Of a stretch of 64,000 nucleotides of DNA, positions 45,018 through 60,800 are shown one piece after another. Both the position numbers and the translations under genes were made by a program. The stretch comes from Eledone cirrhosa (taxonomy: Eukaryota). The DNA lies in NCBI GenBank assembly GCA_964016885.1, contig OZ024740.1, positions 418,190,001 through 418,254,000 of the forward strand. Direction: 5' to 3'. The notes beneath the pieces were generated by a model. The model saw only the letters and a program-made list of their open reading frames with translations, was not told where the DNA came from and ran no database searches. How positions within the stretch are numbered: position 1 is the stretch's first letter; every line of letters starts with the position of its first letter.

Positions 45018-46347
45018 TCTAGTCCTTCGCTCAAGATTAATCTATAAGTTTAGATGTCTGCCTTCGTTTAAGTAAATATTACAGTAAGATTTTTAATATA
45101 AACAACTACAAAAAACAATTAATATTAAAACGAAAAAATTATCAATGATAAAAGAAGCGGATGCAACTTTTTTTTTTATAAAGTTATATTCCTGTTTCTT
45201 TAAAGAACATTTCATTTGTGTTCTATTGTAGGCGAAATAATGCAATGGTTTAATAGGGAAGATATAACTTACCAATTATGTCTCTAACCGTGTAACGCTT
45301 TTTAAGTAGATAACTACAATTGAAAATACTAAAGAAATGGAACCAACAATTCAATTTGAAAGTCGTCTACTTATAGTGACAGTGTATTACTGGTACTTTA
45401 TTTTATCGACCCTGTAACGATGAAAGGCAAAAATGCAAATGCTTAAAATTTAAATTGCCTTAATTCTATCGTCTGCTGTTTCATTAAAGGGAGATTCTCG
45501 TCTGTATTTAATTCTATCGTCTACTGTTCCACTAAACAGATATACCTCCACTATCGTCTCTATTTATACATTTTAACTTATAACTTATACACATTTGATT
45601 TGAAATATTTTATCTAGTCCCCCCTCTCAATATTATGATGATTTCTTTCGAATGAAACAGTTCTAGTCCTGTAGAAGCCATTTATATATATAATTGAACT
45701 GAGTTAAAAATTCACAATATTTATAATTAAATAAGCTCATATATATATGTGTGTATTTATCTGTTTATTGTATTATATATAATGTGTGTATATACAGGAT
45801 GTCCCCCCAAAATATATACACACTTCAACAGCATTCTAATAACTATTGCCTGTACAGGTAATCAAAGTGTCAATCGAATGTTAGTTTCGTGTTTTAACAG
45901 TACAAATTTACAATACACACATAAAACCAGTGTATATACATACATGAGTGTGTATACACATACATGAATGTGTATATACAATATATATGTATATATATAT
46001 AGACACATATATTCACGGTGCAACGGAACATTAAAATATAGATGCGGGGGGGGGTATATATAGGGGCGCTGGGGATAAAGGAGTGTAAAGCGTGTGTAAT
46101 TGATATATTGAAGGAGAGGAGCGTGCAGCGATAGAGTAACAAATATATAGAGAGGGGGAGAGATGGTATTGAAGGGGAGGAGTGCAAAGCGAAAGAGTAA
46201 GAGAGATATATATATAGAGACGGAACAGATAGAGAGAAACAGGCGTAAGTAACAGTGGAAGAGATATATAGAGAGGGGGAAATGTGTTATTGAAGGGGAG
46301 GAGTATAAAGCGAAAGCGTAAGATATATATAGAGAGAGGGGGAATAG

Positions 46348-46404
<57 letters not shown>

Positions 46405-46567
46405 ACACTTACTCTGATTGGTTGAAAATTAGCCAATGACATACGATCACCACCACCACGGCTATCCCGGGAAAATTTATGAAGAAGTTAGGCATATATG
46501 TTAGTTATTATGTTAAGAACACGAAAAGTGAACATTCTGTTGTTTCACACTTTTCGTGTTCTAACAG

Positions 46568-46671
46568 ATATATATATTTAAATATATATATAAATATATA
46601 TATAAATATATATATAAATATATATTTAAATATATATTTAAATATATATATAAATATATATATATATATAA

Positions 46672-46702
<31 letters not shown>

Positions 46703-46883
46703 AATATATATATAAATATATATATATATAAATATATATAAATATAAATATATATATATATAAATATATATATAAATATATAAATATATATAAATATATA
46801 TATAAATATATATAAATATAAATATATATATAAATATATATATATATAAATATATATAAATATAAATATATATATATATAAAT

Positions 46884-46942
<59 letters not shown>

Positions 46943-47075
46943 AATATATATATAAATATATATAAATATAAATATATATAAATATATATATATAAATATA
47001 TATAAATATATATATATAAATATATATATATAAATATATATATATAAATATATATATATAAATATATATATATAA
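46568..47075. repeat. (TA)n/TAAA tract
   Basis: Read directly. Confidence 0.97.
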
Positions 47076-47471
47076 ATTGAAACAAAATGAAAACGAAATT
47101 TCATTTCTCACTCTTAGTATGGCACTTACTTAATTTTCATAAGGAAAGTATATACTTTCGAACGTTCAACTATCTGGCAGATGGGTAAACGGTGCTGATG
47201 ATAGCTAACAAGCTTGAAACTAGTACATCGTTCCTGTGTCAGTGTTGAACAAAAAGGTGACGTGGTTGCCTTAACACCGTATGGCATAAATTCAGGCTGT
47301 TCAGTTTGTTTACAAACGAACAAAGCGACGTTAGCGCCGCTAAACTGATACGTGCATATATGTATGTGTACCTGTATGCATATGTATATATATATGTATA
47401 TATATATATATATGTGCATGCTACTGTACGTCTGTATACATATATGTATGTACGTATACATGCATACTTAC
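47075..47471 (+). mobile_element. family 6 copy with hammerhead at about 47188-47232
   Basis: Nearly identical to 30325-30657. The left 58 bp is the reverse complement of 30660-30718. Confidence 0.82.
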
Positions 47472-48280
<809 letters not shown>

Positions 48281-48487
48281 CGTTATTCCGGGTTGAATCG
48301 GAGGTAACCACAGTAAGTAAGGTACTCAATACATAGCAGAGTATAAAAGTTTTAATATAGATGAGATTCTACAGGACTAGAACTGTTTCATTCATTAGAA
48401 ATCATCAGGAATCTGATTCCTGATGATTTCTAATGAATGAAACAGTTCTAGTCCTGTAGAATCTCATCTATATTAAAACTTTTATAT
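48281..48487 (-). mobile_element. short PLE-like 3' end (family 3) with a ~68-bp fold-back
   Basis: Palindrome centred near 48414. CTGATGA T TTC TAAT GAA T GAAAC AGTT core. Motif ACTC TGC ta TGTA TT GAGT ACC. Copies at 53680-53830 and 45633-45680. Confidence 0.7.
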
Positions 48488-48495
48488 ATATATAT

Positions 48496-48552
<57 letters not shown>

Positions 48553-48571
48553 AATATAAATATATATAAAT

Positions 48572-48610
<39 letters not shown>

Positions 48611-48656
48611 AATATATATATATATAAATATATATATATATAAATATATATATATA

Positions 48657-48714
<58 letters not shown>

Positions 48715-48723
48715 AATATATAT

Positions 48724-48775
<52 letters not shown>

Positions 48776-48776
48776 G

Positions 48777-49313
48777 TAGATACATCTACCAAGAGTTTAC
48801 GGTAGTGTCCAATCCGTATGAAGAACTCAATGTAATCCGGATATCATGGAAAGAAGAGATGCAATGAAATATCACTTTCGGTGAAAGATAAACGGAATAC
48901 AGAGTCAAGATAAAATATTAAAAAAATAATGAATAAAACAATGAAACAGTTCCTTATATTAAACAAAAAAAGTTCATTATTTAACGATCGTTTCTAGGAT
49001 ATATATGTGTTAGAATTGGCATGCATATTCAACAGATCTATGTACAAAATTATACAAACTATCAAGATTAAATATACATACCAACACATATATGCCGTCT
49101 TCAGAAATAATTATTATTTCTGAAGACGGCATATATATGTGTTGGTATGTATATTTAATCTTGATAGTTTGTATAATTTTGTACATAGATCTGTTGAATA
49201 TGCATGCCAATTCTAACACATATATATCCTAGAAACGATCGTTAAATAATGAACTTTTTTTGTTTAATATAAGGAACTGTTTCATTGTTTTATTCATTAT
49301 TTTTTAAATATTT
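48777..49313 (-). mobile_element. family 4 copy with a ~200-bp fold-back; hammerhead on both strands
   Basis: 48910-49109 is inverted at 49112-49313. Matches 28255-28800 minus the SINE. Confidence 0.85.
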
Positions 49314-49336
49314 TATATATATATATATATATATAT

Positions 49337-49499
49337 AGGAGAGAGTAGGATCCCGACGGCTAATTCTGGACTCAGTCCAGAAATAGCCGTCGAAACAGCT
49401 TGAGCTCAGCCGTCGGGGTCCTACTCTCTCCTATTACCCACTCTACTACCCTAAGTATTGAGTACTTTGGTGCGTTATGGTCCACCTGGTTCCTTCGTT
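49337..49499 (+). mobile_element. family 1 copy with fold-back
   Basis: Aligns to 10220-10330. Nested palindrome centred near 49373. Confidence 0.8.
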
Positions 49500-49502
49500 A
49501 TA

Positions 49503-49553
<51 letters not shown>

Positions 49554-49923
49554 ATACACACACACACAAGCTTATACATTTAACTCGGCGGAGTGGAGCG
49601 GAAGTTTTGAAAAGCCAAAAAGGAAGAAGAAAAAGGAGGCAAAGCAAGAAAAGAAGAAAAAGAAGAAATGTGTGAGGCGGAAGAGACAGTGGTGTTAGTG
49701 GCGATGTGTTATAATAGAATATGTCGGTGGGGAATGGAAAGGAAGATGTACGACGTCAGACTGAGTTGACGTTTTTACCTTGATAGCCTCACCTATTGAA
49801 TATAGGAGAGTAGCACAGGGTGGTGGTGGTGGGAGGTGAGGGGAAGGAGGATATAGTTGGTGGTGGGAAGGGTGGTGGGAAAGGAGTCGAAATATACATA
49901 TACACACTTTAGATATTTATATA

Positions 49924-49960
<37 letters not shown>

Positions 49961-49964
<4 letters not shown>

Positions 49965-50169
49965 AAAAAGTATGACCCCGACGGCAGAGCTCAAGCCGTT
50001 TCGACGGCTATTTCTGGACTCGGCTATTTCAGTCCAGAAATAGCCGTCGAAACGGCTTGAGCTCTGCCGTCGGGGTCATACTTTTTCCTATTTCCCACTC
50101 TACTACCCTAAGTATTGAGTACTCTGGTGCGTTATGGTCCATCTTGTTCCTTACCACAATTCCTTTGTT
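49961..50169 (+). mobile_element. family 1 copy with a ~60-bp fold-back
   Basis: 49961-50020 is inverted at 50031-50090. Same 3' end as other copies. Confidence 0.82.
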
Positions 50170-50191
50170 ATATATATATATATATATATAT

Positions 50192-50435
50192 ATGCAAAAG
50201 TTCTATTTAAATTGTTGGGATACACCAAGCAAATATTTTTATAACTGATATAAAGCACTCAACAAGTATTTGGAGTAAACATACGATATTAACAAATGGA
50301 AACTATATTTATAAAACCATATTTATTTCATTATACATATTTCAATGACACCAAGTTAAATTATGGTGTGCTTTCATCAGACAAAATATAATATAGATCA
50401 GTTTTATAAATAAATATTGACATACCCTTAAAAAA
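50192..50435 (-). mobile_element. family 5 copy with hammerhead at about 50324-50388
   Basis: Minus strand TATTTTGT CTGATGA AAGC ACACCA..TGGTGT CATT GAAA TATGTA TA ATGAAATA. Confidence 0.78.
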
Positions 50436-51114
50436 TGCAACCATTACTGTTGGAAGCTCCCGGATAGTATATATATATATATATACAAACATACAGTGTA
50501 TGTGTGTATTTATGTAATATATATATAGTGTGTGTGTGTGCATTTATGTCTTTATATCTATCTCTATATATATATGCAGCATATACTAGGGGGGGGGGGA
50601 GTGGAGAGAGAAAGAGAGAAAGAGAGAAATAGACTATAGTTTATTGAAGCAACTTTGTTCCGTTTTCTTACACACACATACACATCCATGCATATACATA
50701 GACACATACACACACACACACACACATGCACACACACATATACACACACACACACATAATGATATTGGCTACATCTTAAACTAACCACACTGATATCTAT
50801 ATATACATACACACAAACACACACTCATGTGTGTTTGTGTGTACATATATGAGTGTGTGTGTACATATATGTGTGTGTGTATGTACATATATATATGAGT
50901 GTGTGTGTGTACATATATATATATGTGTGTGTGTGTGTACATATATATGTGTGGAGTGGTGTACGTTGGGGCTGGGGGTCGGGTGTGGGGGGGGGGGGGG
51001 GGTATGTGTGGGTGTATGTGTTTCTGAGTGTGTGTGTGTGTATTCTTATAAAATGTAGGAATCTCAATGTAAATACAGTCGATTGCTATAAAATGCTTAG
51101 AAAATCAGAAAAAA

Positions 51115-51190
51115 GTGAACAGCGTTCGCTACGAGGAATCGAACCTGATATCTTTCAAATACCGACTGACTGCTCTAACCATTGAGGTAA
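51115..51190 (-). mobile_element. tRNA-like SINE head or tRNA pseudogene
   Basis: Minus strand CTCAATGGTTAGAGC (A box) ... GGTTCGATTCC (B box). Cloverleaf arms do not pair well. Confidence 0.55.
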
Positions 51191-51216
51191 ATGTGACAGT
51201 CAGTAGTAATATTAAT

Positions 51217-51375
51217 AATTGTTTCTAGTTTAGGCACAAGGCCAGCAATTATCTCAGTACATTACTGGTACTTTATTTTATCGACCTCGTAAGGATGAAA
51301 GGCAAAGTTAACCTCGGCGGGATTTGAACTCAGATCGTAAAGGGGCGTAACTCTTTGCTGCAAAGCATGGTGTCA
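51217..51375 (-). mobile_element. SINE (major family)
   Basis: Diagnostic core sequence. Confidence 0.9.
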
Positions 51376-51489
51376 GAATATCTGTGAATATCTTTTAAAA
51401 GATTGAACAACTGGAACACACACCGTCGAAACCGACGGAGGTCCATTCCACATTAAAATGAAAAAATATCTAGCAGTGATAAAAATGTG

Positions 51490-51830
51490 AAATGACAAGT
51501 CAGTAAAGCCCCGGCGGACAGAATGGAGAAGGTGTTTCGTCGGGGGACGGCAAGGGAGACGCGCTGGAAAAGCCATTCCAGCTCGCGAGGCTCACACCTG
51601 CGGCTGGCCAACTCAGTGCCTATGGTGGTGAGTAGGGAGGTAGCCCTAGGGCCGAGGACACCAGAAATCTCCACTGCCAAGGGTACAATCACAAACCAGT
51701 CGGAGAGCGACCGGTATTTGAAGAGTTTGGCCTCCTCAGCCCGACGTGCAGCAGAACCTGGGTTAGTCGCAGACTGCAACAGGTTGCGGCTGGAGACAGT
51801 GCCGGTGCAAGTGGCACCCCACCGTCCCTC
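51490..51830 (-). mobile_element. CRE-like non-LTR retrotransposon C-terminal fragment
   Basis: ATCTGTVS...AARRAEEAKLFKYRSL...VPLAVEISGVLGPRATSLLTTIG...WLFQRVSLAVPRRN. Confidence 0.75.
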
Positions 51831-51994
51831 ACAACAATCACAATTAGACGCTAAATCAAACAGTTTTGAATGTATACAACATCGTATACAAAGGTCAAAC
51901 TCTCGACATGCTGAGGGTTCTGAAGTTTATAGAAAATGTAGAAAACTAAGATGCAGAAAATAACTGTAAATACAGTCGGTTGATATAAATTCAT

Positions 51995-52290
51995 GTTCAC
52001 CGCATGCGCTGGTACGGACATGTCCTCTGCTTTCAACTAGATCATTCTACCAGGGTCTTACTCTGGTTCGAAGCAGTAACTCAGGCTGGAAGAGGACCAG
52101 CGGTAAGCCGCACACCAGGTGGCTGTATATCATCAGGGAAGATCTCCGGAGGCTCGACATCACCTTGGAAGATGCAGAGAAGCTGCCACGGACCCGCCAG
52201 CGATAGAGGGCGCTAGTGGACCTGGTTGGCTCTACCTACGACGATGCCTTGGATGACCTCGGCTTTGTCGAGCAAGAGCAAGAAGCAGCT
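51995..52290 (+). mobile_element. RTE-like LINE 3' fragment
   Basis: RMRWYGHVL...GKPHTRWLYIIREDLRRLDITLEDAEKL, with frameshifts. Confidence 0.7.
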
Positions 52291-52592
52291 ATAAATTGCT
52301 TAGAAAATCTGGATGGTGTATTGCTTATAAAAATAAACATTACATGTAGGCCAAGACGTTATATTGAATTAGCACCGTATTCAAATTACCTCCTTTAATA
52401 TCACATGATATGTAATTTCCCGTGGGAGTACCACAGGCGACGCTGTCCAGTTTTTCCGTCTCTGGGGTCTCATATGCAGACTATTAGATGTTAGACTATT
52501 TTTTATAGTAAAAAAAGCTGCAGTGAAACTGTTAACTTTAGCTAACATTCATTGATAATTCATAACCCGCTGGACAGTTCTAAAAATACGTT

Positions 52593-52644
<52 letters not shown>

Positions 52645-52650
<6 letters not shown>

Positions 52651-52822
52651 AAGGTTGCTTGGATGCGTCTATAGGCGGTATGCCGGTTGAGCACTCTATG
52701 CTTCTTCGGAGCAGAGTATAATAATATGGAAAACGAAGAATCAGTTATGCATCGGAACACAATTTATTAACGTTAATAAATTGTGTTCCGACGCATAACT
52801 GATTCTTCGTTTTCTATATTAT
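52645..52822 (-). mobile_element. family 2 copy with fold-back
   Basis: Palindrome centred on TTAACGTTAA near 52771. Motif ACTC TGCT..AGCA TA GAGT GC on the minus strand. Confidence 0.75.
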
Positions 52823-53178
52823 ATATATATATATATATATTATAGCTAAAACAGAAAACAAAGCGAAGAGTACAGTACAAGTATTAGGTTCACGCTTGAG
52901 AGTGGTATAGTGATAACAAAAAAAAAATAGGAGATTATATCGGTAGTAAGTAGAGCACTCAGTCCAGAGGACGAGTTTGGTATAGAGTTAGTTCCACAAC
53001 AAATTAGCAAACCATACTCGAGGAGTCGCGTTTCACTGAGCAGATTTTCAACCCGTGTATGGCTGATGTGAGAAAGGAAGTGGATATGTATATATATATA
53101 TATATACACACATATATATATATACACATATATATATATATACACATATATATATATATACACATATATATATATATC

Positions 53179-53228
<50 letters not shown>

Positions 53229-53238
53229 TATATATATC

Positions 53239-53282
<44 letters not shown>

Positions 53283-53295
53283 TATATATATCCAC

Positions 53296-53328
<33 letters not shown>

Positions 53329-53408
53329 TATATATATCCACATATATATATATATATCCACTTTACCTAAGTGGACTGCATTTAACTATTATTTGTTACC
53401 CCGTACAC

Positions 53409-53455
<47 letters not shown>

Positions 53456-53484
53456 TATATATATACACATATATGTATATATAC

Positions 53485-53536
<52 letters not shown>

Positions 53537-53538
<2 letters not shown>

Positions 53539-53667
53539 CAAAGAAAGTGTGGTAAGAAACCAGGTGGTCCATTGCGCACCAGAGTATTCGATACTCAGGG
53601 TAGTAGAATGGGTAATTGGAAAAGAGGCAGGACCCTGGCGGCTGAGCTCCGGTCGTTTCGACAGCTA
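53537..53667 (-). mobile_element. family 1 copy, diverged
   Basis: Reverse complement aligns to 10215-10346. Confidence 0.75.
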
Positions 53668-53679
53668 TATATATATAAT

Positions 53680-53830
53680 AAACGGATTCCCGATGTATAT
53701 CGGGAGGTGGCCACAGTTAAAAAGGTACTCAATACGTCAACAGAGTATAGGCATCTATTTTTTGTTTATAGAAATCACTTCTACACGACTAGAACTGTTT
53801 CATTCGTTAGAAACCATCAGGAAAGTCCGA
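53680..53830 (-). mobile_element. family 3 copy
   Basis: Aligns to 48285-48410. Minus strand CTGATGG TTTC TAAC GAAT GAAAC and ACTC TGT tg ACGTA TT GAGT ACC. Confidence 0.72.
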
Positions 53831-54312
53831 TGATTTCGATTGGCTGATATTGTTTTTGTTATTTCCCTTGTTGGCTGTTTTTAGATTTGTTAAACATTCC
53901 TAGTTTTAATCTTTTAATAGCGGGGATAATCTGTTTAACATTTGTGATCCCCACAGGAGTGTCGTTTAATGAGCAGAACGCTACCCTGAGCTATATTCTC
54001 CAATCCAGTTATAGCCACATTGCTAATGATAATCTACAATGTTTTTCTTTGGTGTCATACTAACAAGATAATACAGAAGGCTGTCAAAGGAATTGAGATT
54101 GTGGGGATAACAGTAGCAGACGTTAAATGGGGGTAAATGATGAAGTATTTATCTCAGTACCCAGAGTGACAGAGAAACAGTGATTAAGAGTGGATTGGAT
54201 TAGGATGTATTACAACGGACAGAGTGGCAGGTGACAGGTGACACTTCACTAAATGGAAAGAGCGACGATATAACCAAGAGACAGAAGAAAACAATATTAA
54301 GTAAATATCATT

Positions 54313-54375
<63 letters not shown>

Positions 54376-54527
54376 TCTATATATGTGTATGTGTGTGTAT
54401 GTGTCTGTCTGTATGTCTGTGTGTGTCTGTGTGTATCTGTGTGTGTGTGTGTGTGTTAGAATTGAAATAGAAGTAGAAGCGTCGCCGTAACATTGATTCC
54501 ATAATCTAGTCTAATCATTATTTTTAT

Positions 54528-54690
54528 TTTTGGCACAAGGCCAGCAATTACCCCAGTGCATTATTATCGACCCCGTAAGGATGAAAGGCAAAGTTAACCT
54601 CGGCGGGATTTGAACTCAGAATGGCAAGGGCCGTAGCTCTATGTGTCAAAGCATGGCGTCCGACCCTTTACCGATACTGCCAATCCAACA
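54528..54690 (-). mobile_element. SINE (major family)
   Basis: Diagnostic core sequence. Confidence 0.9.
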
Positions 54691-54802
54691 TATATTAAGG
54701 CCATGTTTAAATAAATGCATGTTTAGTGCGAGTGTGTGTATGTGTGTATGTTATGTGTATGTGTTTGCTCGTCATATGTGTGGATGCCATGTGTGTGTGT
54801 GT

Positions 54803-57800
54803 CACCTCGACAACAACACCACACCATCACCTCAGCCACCACAACAACAACACCACACAATCACCACAACAACAAGACCACACCATCACCTCAGCCACCA
54901 CAACAACAACAAGACCACACGATAACTGCCACCACAACAACACCACACCATCACCACCACAACAAGAACAACACCACACCATCACCACAACAACAAGACC
55001 ACACCATCACCTCAGCCACCACAACAACAACAACACCACACGATAACTGCCACCACAACAACACCACACCATCACCACCACAACAAGAACAACACCACAC
55101 CATCACCACAACAACAATACCACACCATCACCTCAGCCACCACAACAACAACACCACACCATCACCACAACAACAAGACCACACCATCACCTCAGCCGCC
55201 ACAACAACAACACCACACCATCACCACCACCACAACAACAACACCACACCATCACTGCCACCACAACAACACCACACCATCACCACCACAACAACAACAA
55301 CACCACACCATCACTACCACAACAACGCCAAACCATCACTACCACCACAACAACACCACACCATCACTGCCACCACAACAACACCACACCATCACCACCA
55401 CAACAACAACAACAGCCACACCATCACGACAACACCACACCATCACTACCACCACCACAACAACACCACACCATCACCACAACAACAACAACACCACACC
55501 ATCACTACCACCACAACAACAACACCACACCATCACCACAAGAACAACACCACACCATTACTACCACCACAACAACAACACCACACCATCACCACCACAA
55601 CAACAACACCACACCATCAACACAGCCACAGCAACAACACCATACCGTCACTACCATAACAACAACACCACACCATCACTACCACCACAATAACAACAAC
55701 ACCACACCGTCACTACCACCACAACAACAACAACACCATCACCACCACAACAACAACACCACACCATCACTACCACCACAACAACAACAACACCACACCA
55801 TCACTACCACCACAACAACAACACCACACCATCACTACCACCACAACAACAACAACACCACACCAGCACTACCACCACAACAACAACACCACACCATCAC
55901 TACCACCACAACAACAACACCACACCATCACCACCACCACCACAACAACACCACACCATCACCGCCACCACAAAAACAACACCACACCATCACTACCACC
56001 ACCACAACAACATCACACCATCACCACCACAACAACAACAACACCACACCATCACCACCACAACAACAACAACACCACACCATCACTGCCACCACAACAA
56101 CACCACACCATTACTACCACCACAACAACAACAACACCACATCATCACAACAACAACACCACACCATCACCACCACCAAAACAACAACAACGCCACACCA
56201 TCACTACCACCACAACAACACCACACCATCATCACTACCACCACCACAACAACACCACACCATCACTACCACCACAACAACAACACCACACCATCACTAC
56301 CACAACAACAAAACCACACCACCACCACCACCACAACAACAATACCACACCATACCTACCACCACAACAACAACACCACACCATCACCATCACCACAACA
56401 ACACCACACCATCACCACCACCACAGTAACACCACCACACCATCACTACCGCCACAGTAACACCACCACACCATCACTACCGCCACAACAACAACACCAC
56501 ACCATCACCACCACCACCACAACAACACACCATCACTACCACAACAACAACACCACCACACCATCACTACCACCACCACAACAACACCACACCATCACCA
56601 CCACAACAACAACACCACACCACCACTACCACAAAAGCAACAACACCACACCATCACCACCACCACAACAACAACAACAACAACACCACCACCACAACAC
56701 ACTATCACCACCACAACAACAACAACACCACACCATCACAACACCACACCATCACTACCACCACCACAACAACACCACACCATCACCACCACCACAACAA
56801 CAAACCCACACCATCGCTACCACCACCACAACAACACCACACCATCACCACAACAACAACAACAACACCACACCATCACTACCACCGCCACAACAACAAC
56901 ACACCATCACCACCACCACCACCACAACAACACCACACCATCACCACAACAACACCACACCATCACCACAACAACAACAACAACAACACCACACCATCAC
57001 CACAACAACAACAACACACCACCACCACCACCACAACAACAAACCATCACCACCACAACAACAACAACACCACACCATCACAACGCCACATCATCACTAC
57101 CACCACCACAACAACACCACACCATCACCTCAGCCACAACAACAGCACCACACCATCACCACCACCACAACAACAAACCCACACCATCACTACCACCACA
57201 ACAACAAACCCACACCATCCCTACCACAACAACAACAACACTACACCATCACCACCACAACAACAACAACACCACACCATCATTACCACCACAACAACAC
57301 CACACCATCACAACCACCACAACACCACACCATCACTACCACCACAACAACATCACACCATCACTACAACAACAACACCACACCATCACCACCACCACCA
57401 CAACAACAACATCACCACTCCATCACTACCACCACAACAACAACACCACCACTCCATCACCACCACCACCACCACAACACCACACCATCACAACACCACC
57501 ACACCATCACCACCACAACACCATCACCACAACAACACCACACCATCACCACCACAACAACAACAACACCACACCATCACCACCACAACAACAACAACAC
57601 CACACCATCACCACCACAACAACAACAACACCACACCATCACTGCCACCACAACAACACCACACCATCACTACCACCACAACAACAACAACACCACACCA
57701 TCACAACAACAACACCACACCATCACTACCACCACCACAACAACACCTCACCATCACTACCACCACAACAACAACACCACACCATCACCACCACAACACC

Positions 57801-60800
57801 ACCACACCATCACCACCACCACAACAACAACACCACCACACCATCACAACAACAACACCACCACACCATCACCACCACAACAACAACAACACCACACCAT
57901 CACCACCACAACAACACAACAGCTTCACCATCACTACAACAACAACACCACACCATCACCACCACCACAACAACAACACCACACCATCACAACAACAACA
58001 CCACACCATCACCACAAGAACAACACCACACCATCACTACTACCACAACAACAATATCACACCATCACTACCACCACAACAACAACACCACCACACCATT
58101 ACTACCACCACGACAACACCACCACACCATCACTACCACCACAACACAACACCACACCATCACCACCACCACAACAACAACACACCATCACTATCACAAC
58201 AACAACCCCACCACACCATCACTACCACAACAACAACACACCATCACTACCACAACAACACCACACCATCACTACCACCATCACAACAACACAACACCGT
58301 CACCACCACAACAACAACACCACAACCACCAAAACACCACCACACCATCACCATCACCACCAAAACAACAACACCACACCATCACCACCACAACAACAAC
58401 ACCACACCATCACCATCACCACCAAAACAACAACACCACACCATCACTACCACCACGACAACAACACCACCACACCATTACTACCACCACGACAACAACA
58501 CCACACCATCACTACCACAACAACAAAACCACACCACCACCACCACAACAACAACACCACACCATACCTACCACCACAACAACAACACCACACCATCACC
58601 ACCACCACAGTAACACCACCACACCATCACTACCGCCACAACAACAACACACCATCACTACCACAACACCACCCACACCATCCTACCACCACCACAACAA
58701 CACCACACCATCACCACCACAACAACAACACCACACCACCCACTACCACAACAGCAACAACACCACACCATCACCACCACCACAACAACAACACCACACC
58801 ATCACCACCACCACAACAACAACACCACACCATCACCACCACCAACAACAACAACAACAACACCACCACAACACACTATCACCACCACAACAACAACAAC
58901 ACCACACCATCACAACACCACACCATCACTACCACCACCACAACAACACCACACCATCACCACCACCACAACAACACCACACCATCACCACAACAACAAC
59001 AACAACACCACACCATCACTACCACCGCCACAACAACAACACACCATCACCACCACCACCACAACAACACCACACCATCACCACCACCACAACAACAACA
59101 CCACACCATCACTACCACCACCACAACAACACCACACCATCACCACAACAACAACAACAACAACAACACCCACACCATCACCACAACAACAACACCACAC
59201 CACCACCACAACAACAACAACACCACACCATCACAACCACCACAACACCACACCATCACTACCACCACAACAACATCACACCATCACTACAACAACAACA
59301 CCACACCATCACCACCACCACCACAACAACAACATCACCACTCCATCACTACCACCACAACAACAACACCACCACTCCATCACCACCACCACCACCACAA
59401 CACCACACCATCACAACACCCACCACACCATCACCACCACAACACCATCACCACAACAACACCACACCATCACCACCACAACAACAACAACACCACACCA
59501 TCACCACCACAACAACAACAACACCACACCATCACCACCACAACAACAACAACACCACACCATCACCACCACAACAACAACAACACCACACCATCACTGC
59601 CACCACAACAACACCACACCATCACTACCACCACAACAACAACAACACCACACCATCACAACAACAACACCACACCATCACTACCACCACCACAACAACA
59701 CCTCACCATCACTACCACCACAACAACAACACCACACCATCACCACCACAACACCACCACACCATCACCACCACCACAACACCACACCATCACCACCACA
59801 ACAACAACACCACCACACCATCACAACAACAACACCACCACACCATCACCACCACAACAACAACAACACCACACCATCACCACCACAACAACACAACACC
59901 TTCACCATCACTACAACAACAACACCACACCATCACCACCACCACAACAACAACACCACACCATCACAACAACAACACCACACCATCACCACAAGAACAA
60001 CACCACACCATCACTACTACCACAACAACAATATCACACCATCACTACCACCACAACAACAACACCACCACACCATTACTACCACCACGACAACACCACC
60101 ACACCATCACTACCACCACAACAACAACACCACACCATCACCACCACCACAACAACAACAACACACCATCACTATCACAACAACAACCCCACCACACCAT
60201 CACTACCACAACAACAACACACCATCACTACCACAACAACAACACCACACCATCACTACCACCATCACAACAACACAACACCGTCACCACCACAACAACA
60301 ACACCACAACCACCAAAACACCACCACACCATCACCATCACCACCAAAACAACAACACCACACCATCACCACCACAACAACAACACCACACCATCACCAT
60401 CACCACCAAAACAACAACACCACACCATCACTACCACAATAACAAAACCACACCATACCTACCACCACAACAACAACACCACACCATCACCACCACCACA
60501 GTAACACCACCACACCATCACTACCGCCACAACAACAACACACCATCACTACCACAACACCACCACACCATCACTACCACCACCACAACAACACCACACC
60601 ATCACCACCACAACAACAACACCACACCACCACTACCACAACAGCAACAACACCACACCATCACCACCACCACAACAACAACACCACACCATCACCACCA
60701 CCACAACAACAACACCACACCATCACCACCACCACAACAACAACACCACCACAACACACTATCACCACCACAACAACAACAACACCACACCATCACAACA

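Noticed and set aside
45792-45830. Tc1/mariner end (TA-CAGGATGTCCC)
   Set aside because: No partner TIR or transposase was found, so it is too weak to list.
46517-46562. hairpin AGAACACGAAAAGTG/CACTTTTCGTGTTCT as a ribozyme or terminator
   Set aside because: No catalytic core. Probably another small fold-back at a TA junction.
54641-55659. His/Thr/Pro/Gln-rich ORFs
   Set aside because: Translations of the C/A satellite.
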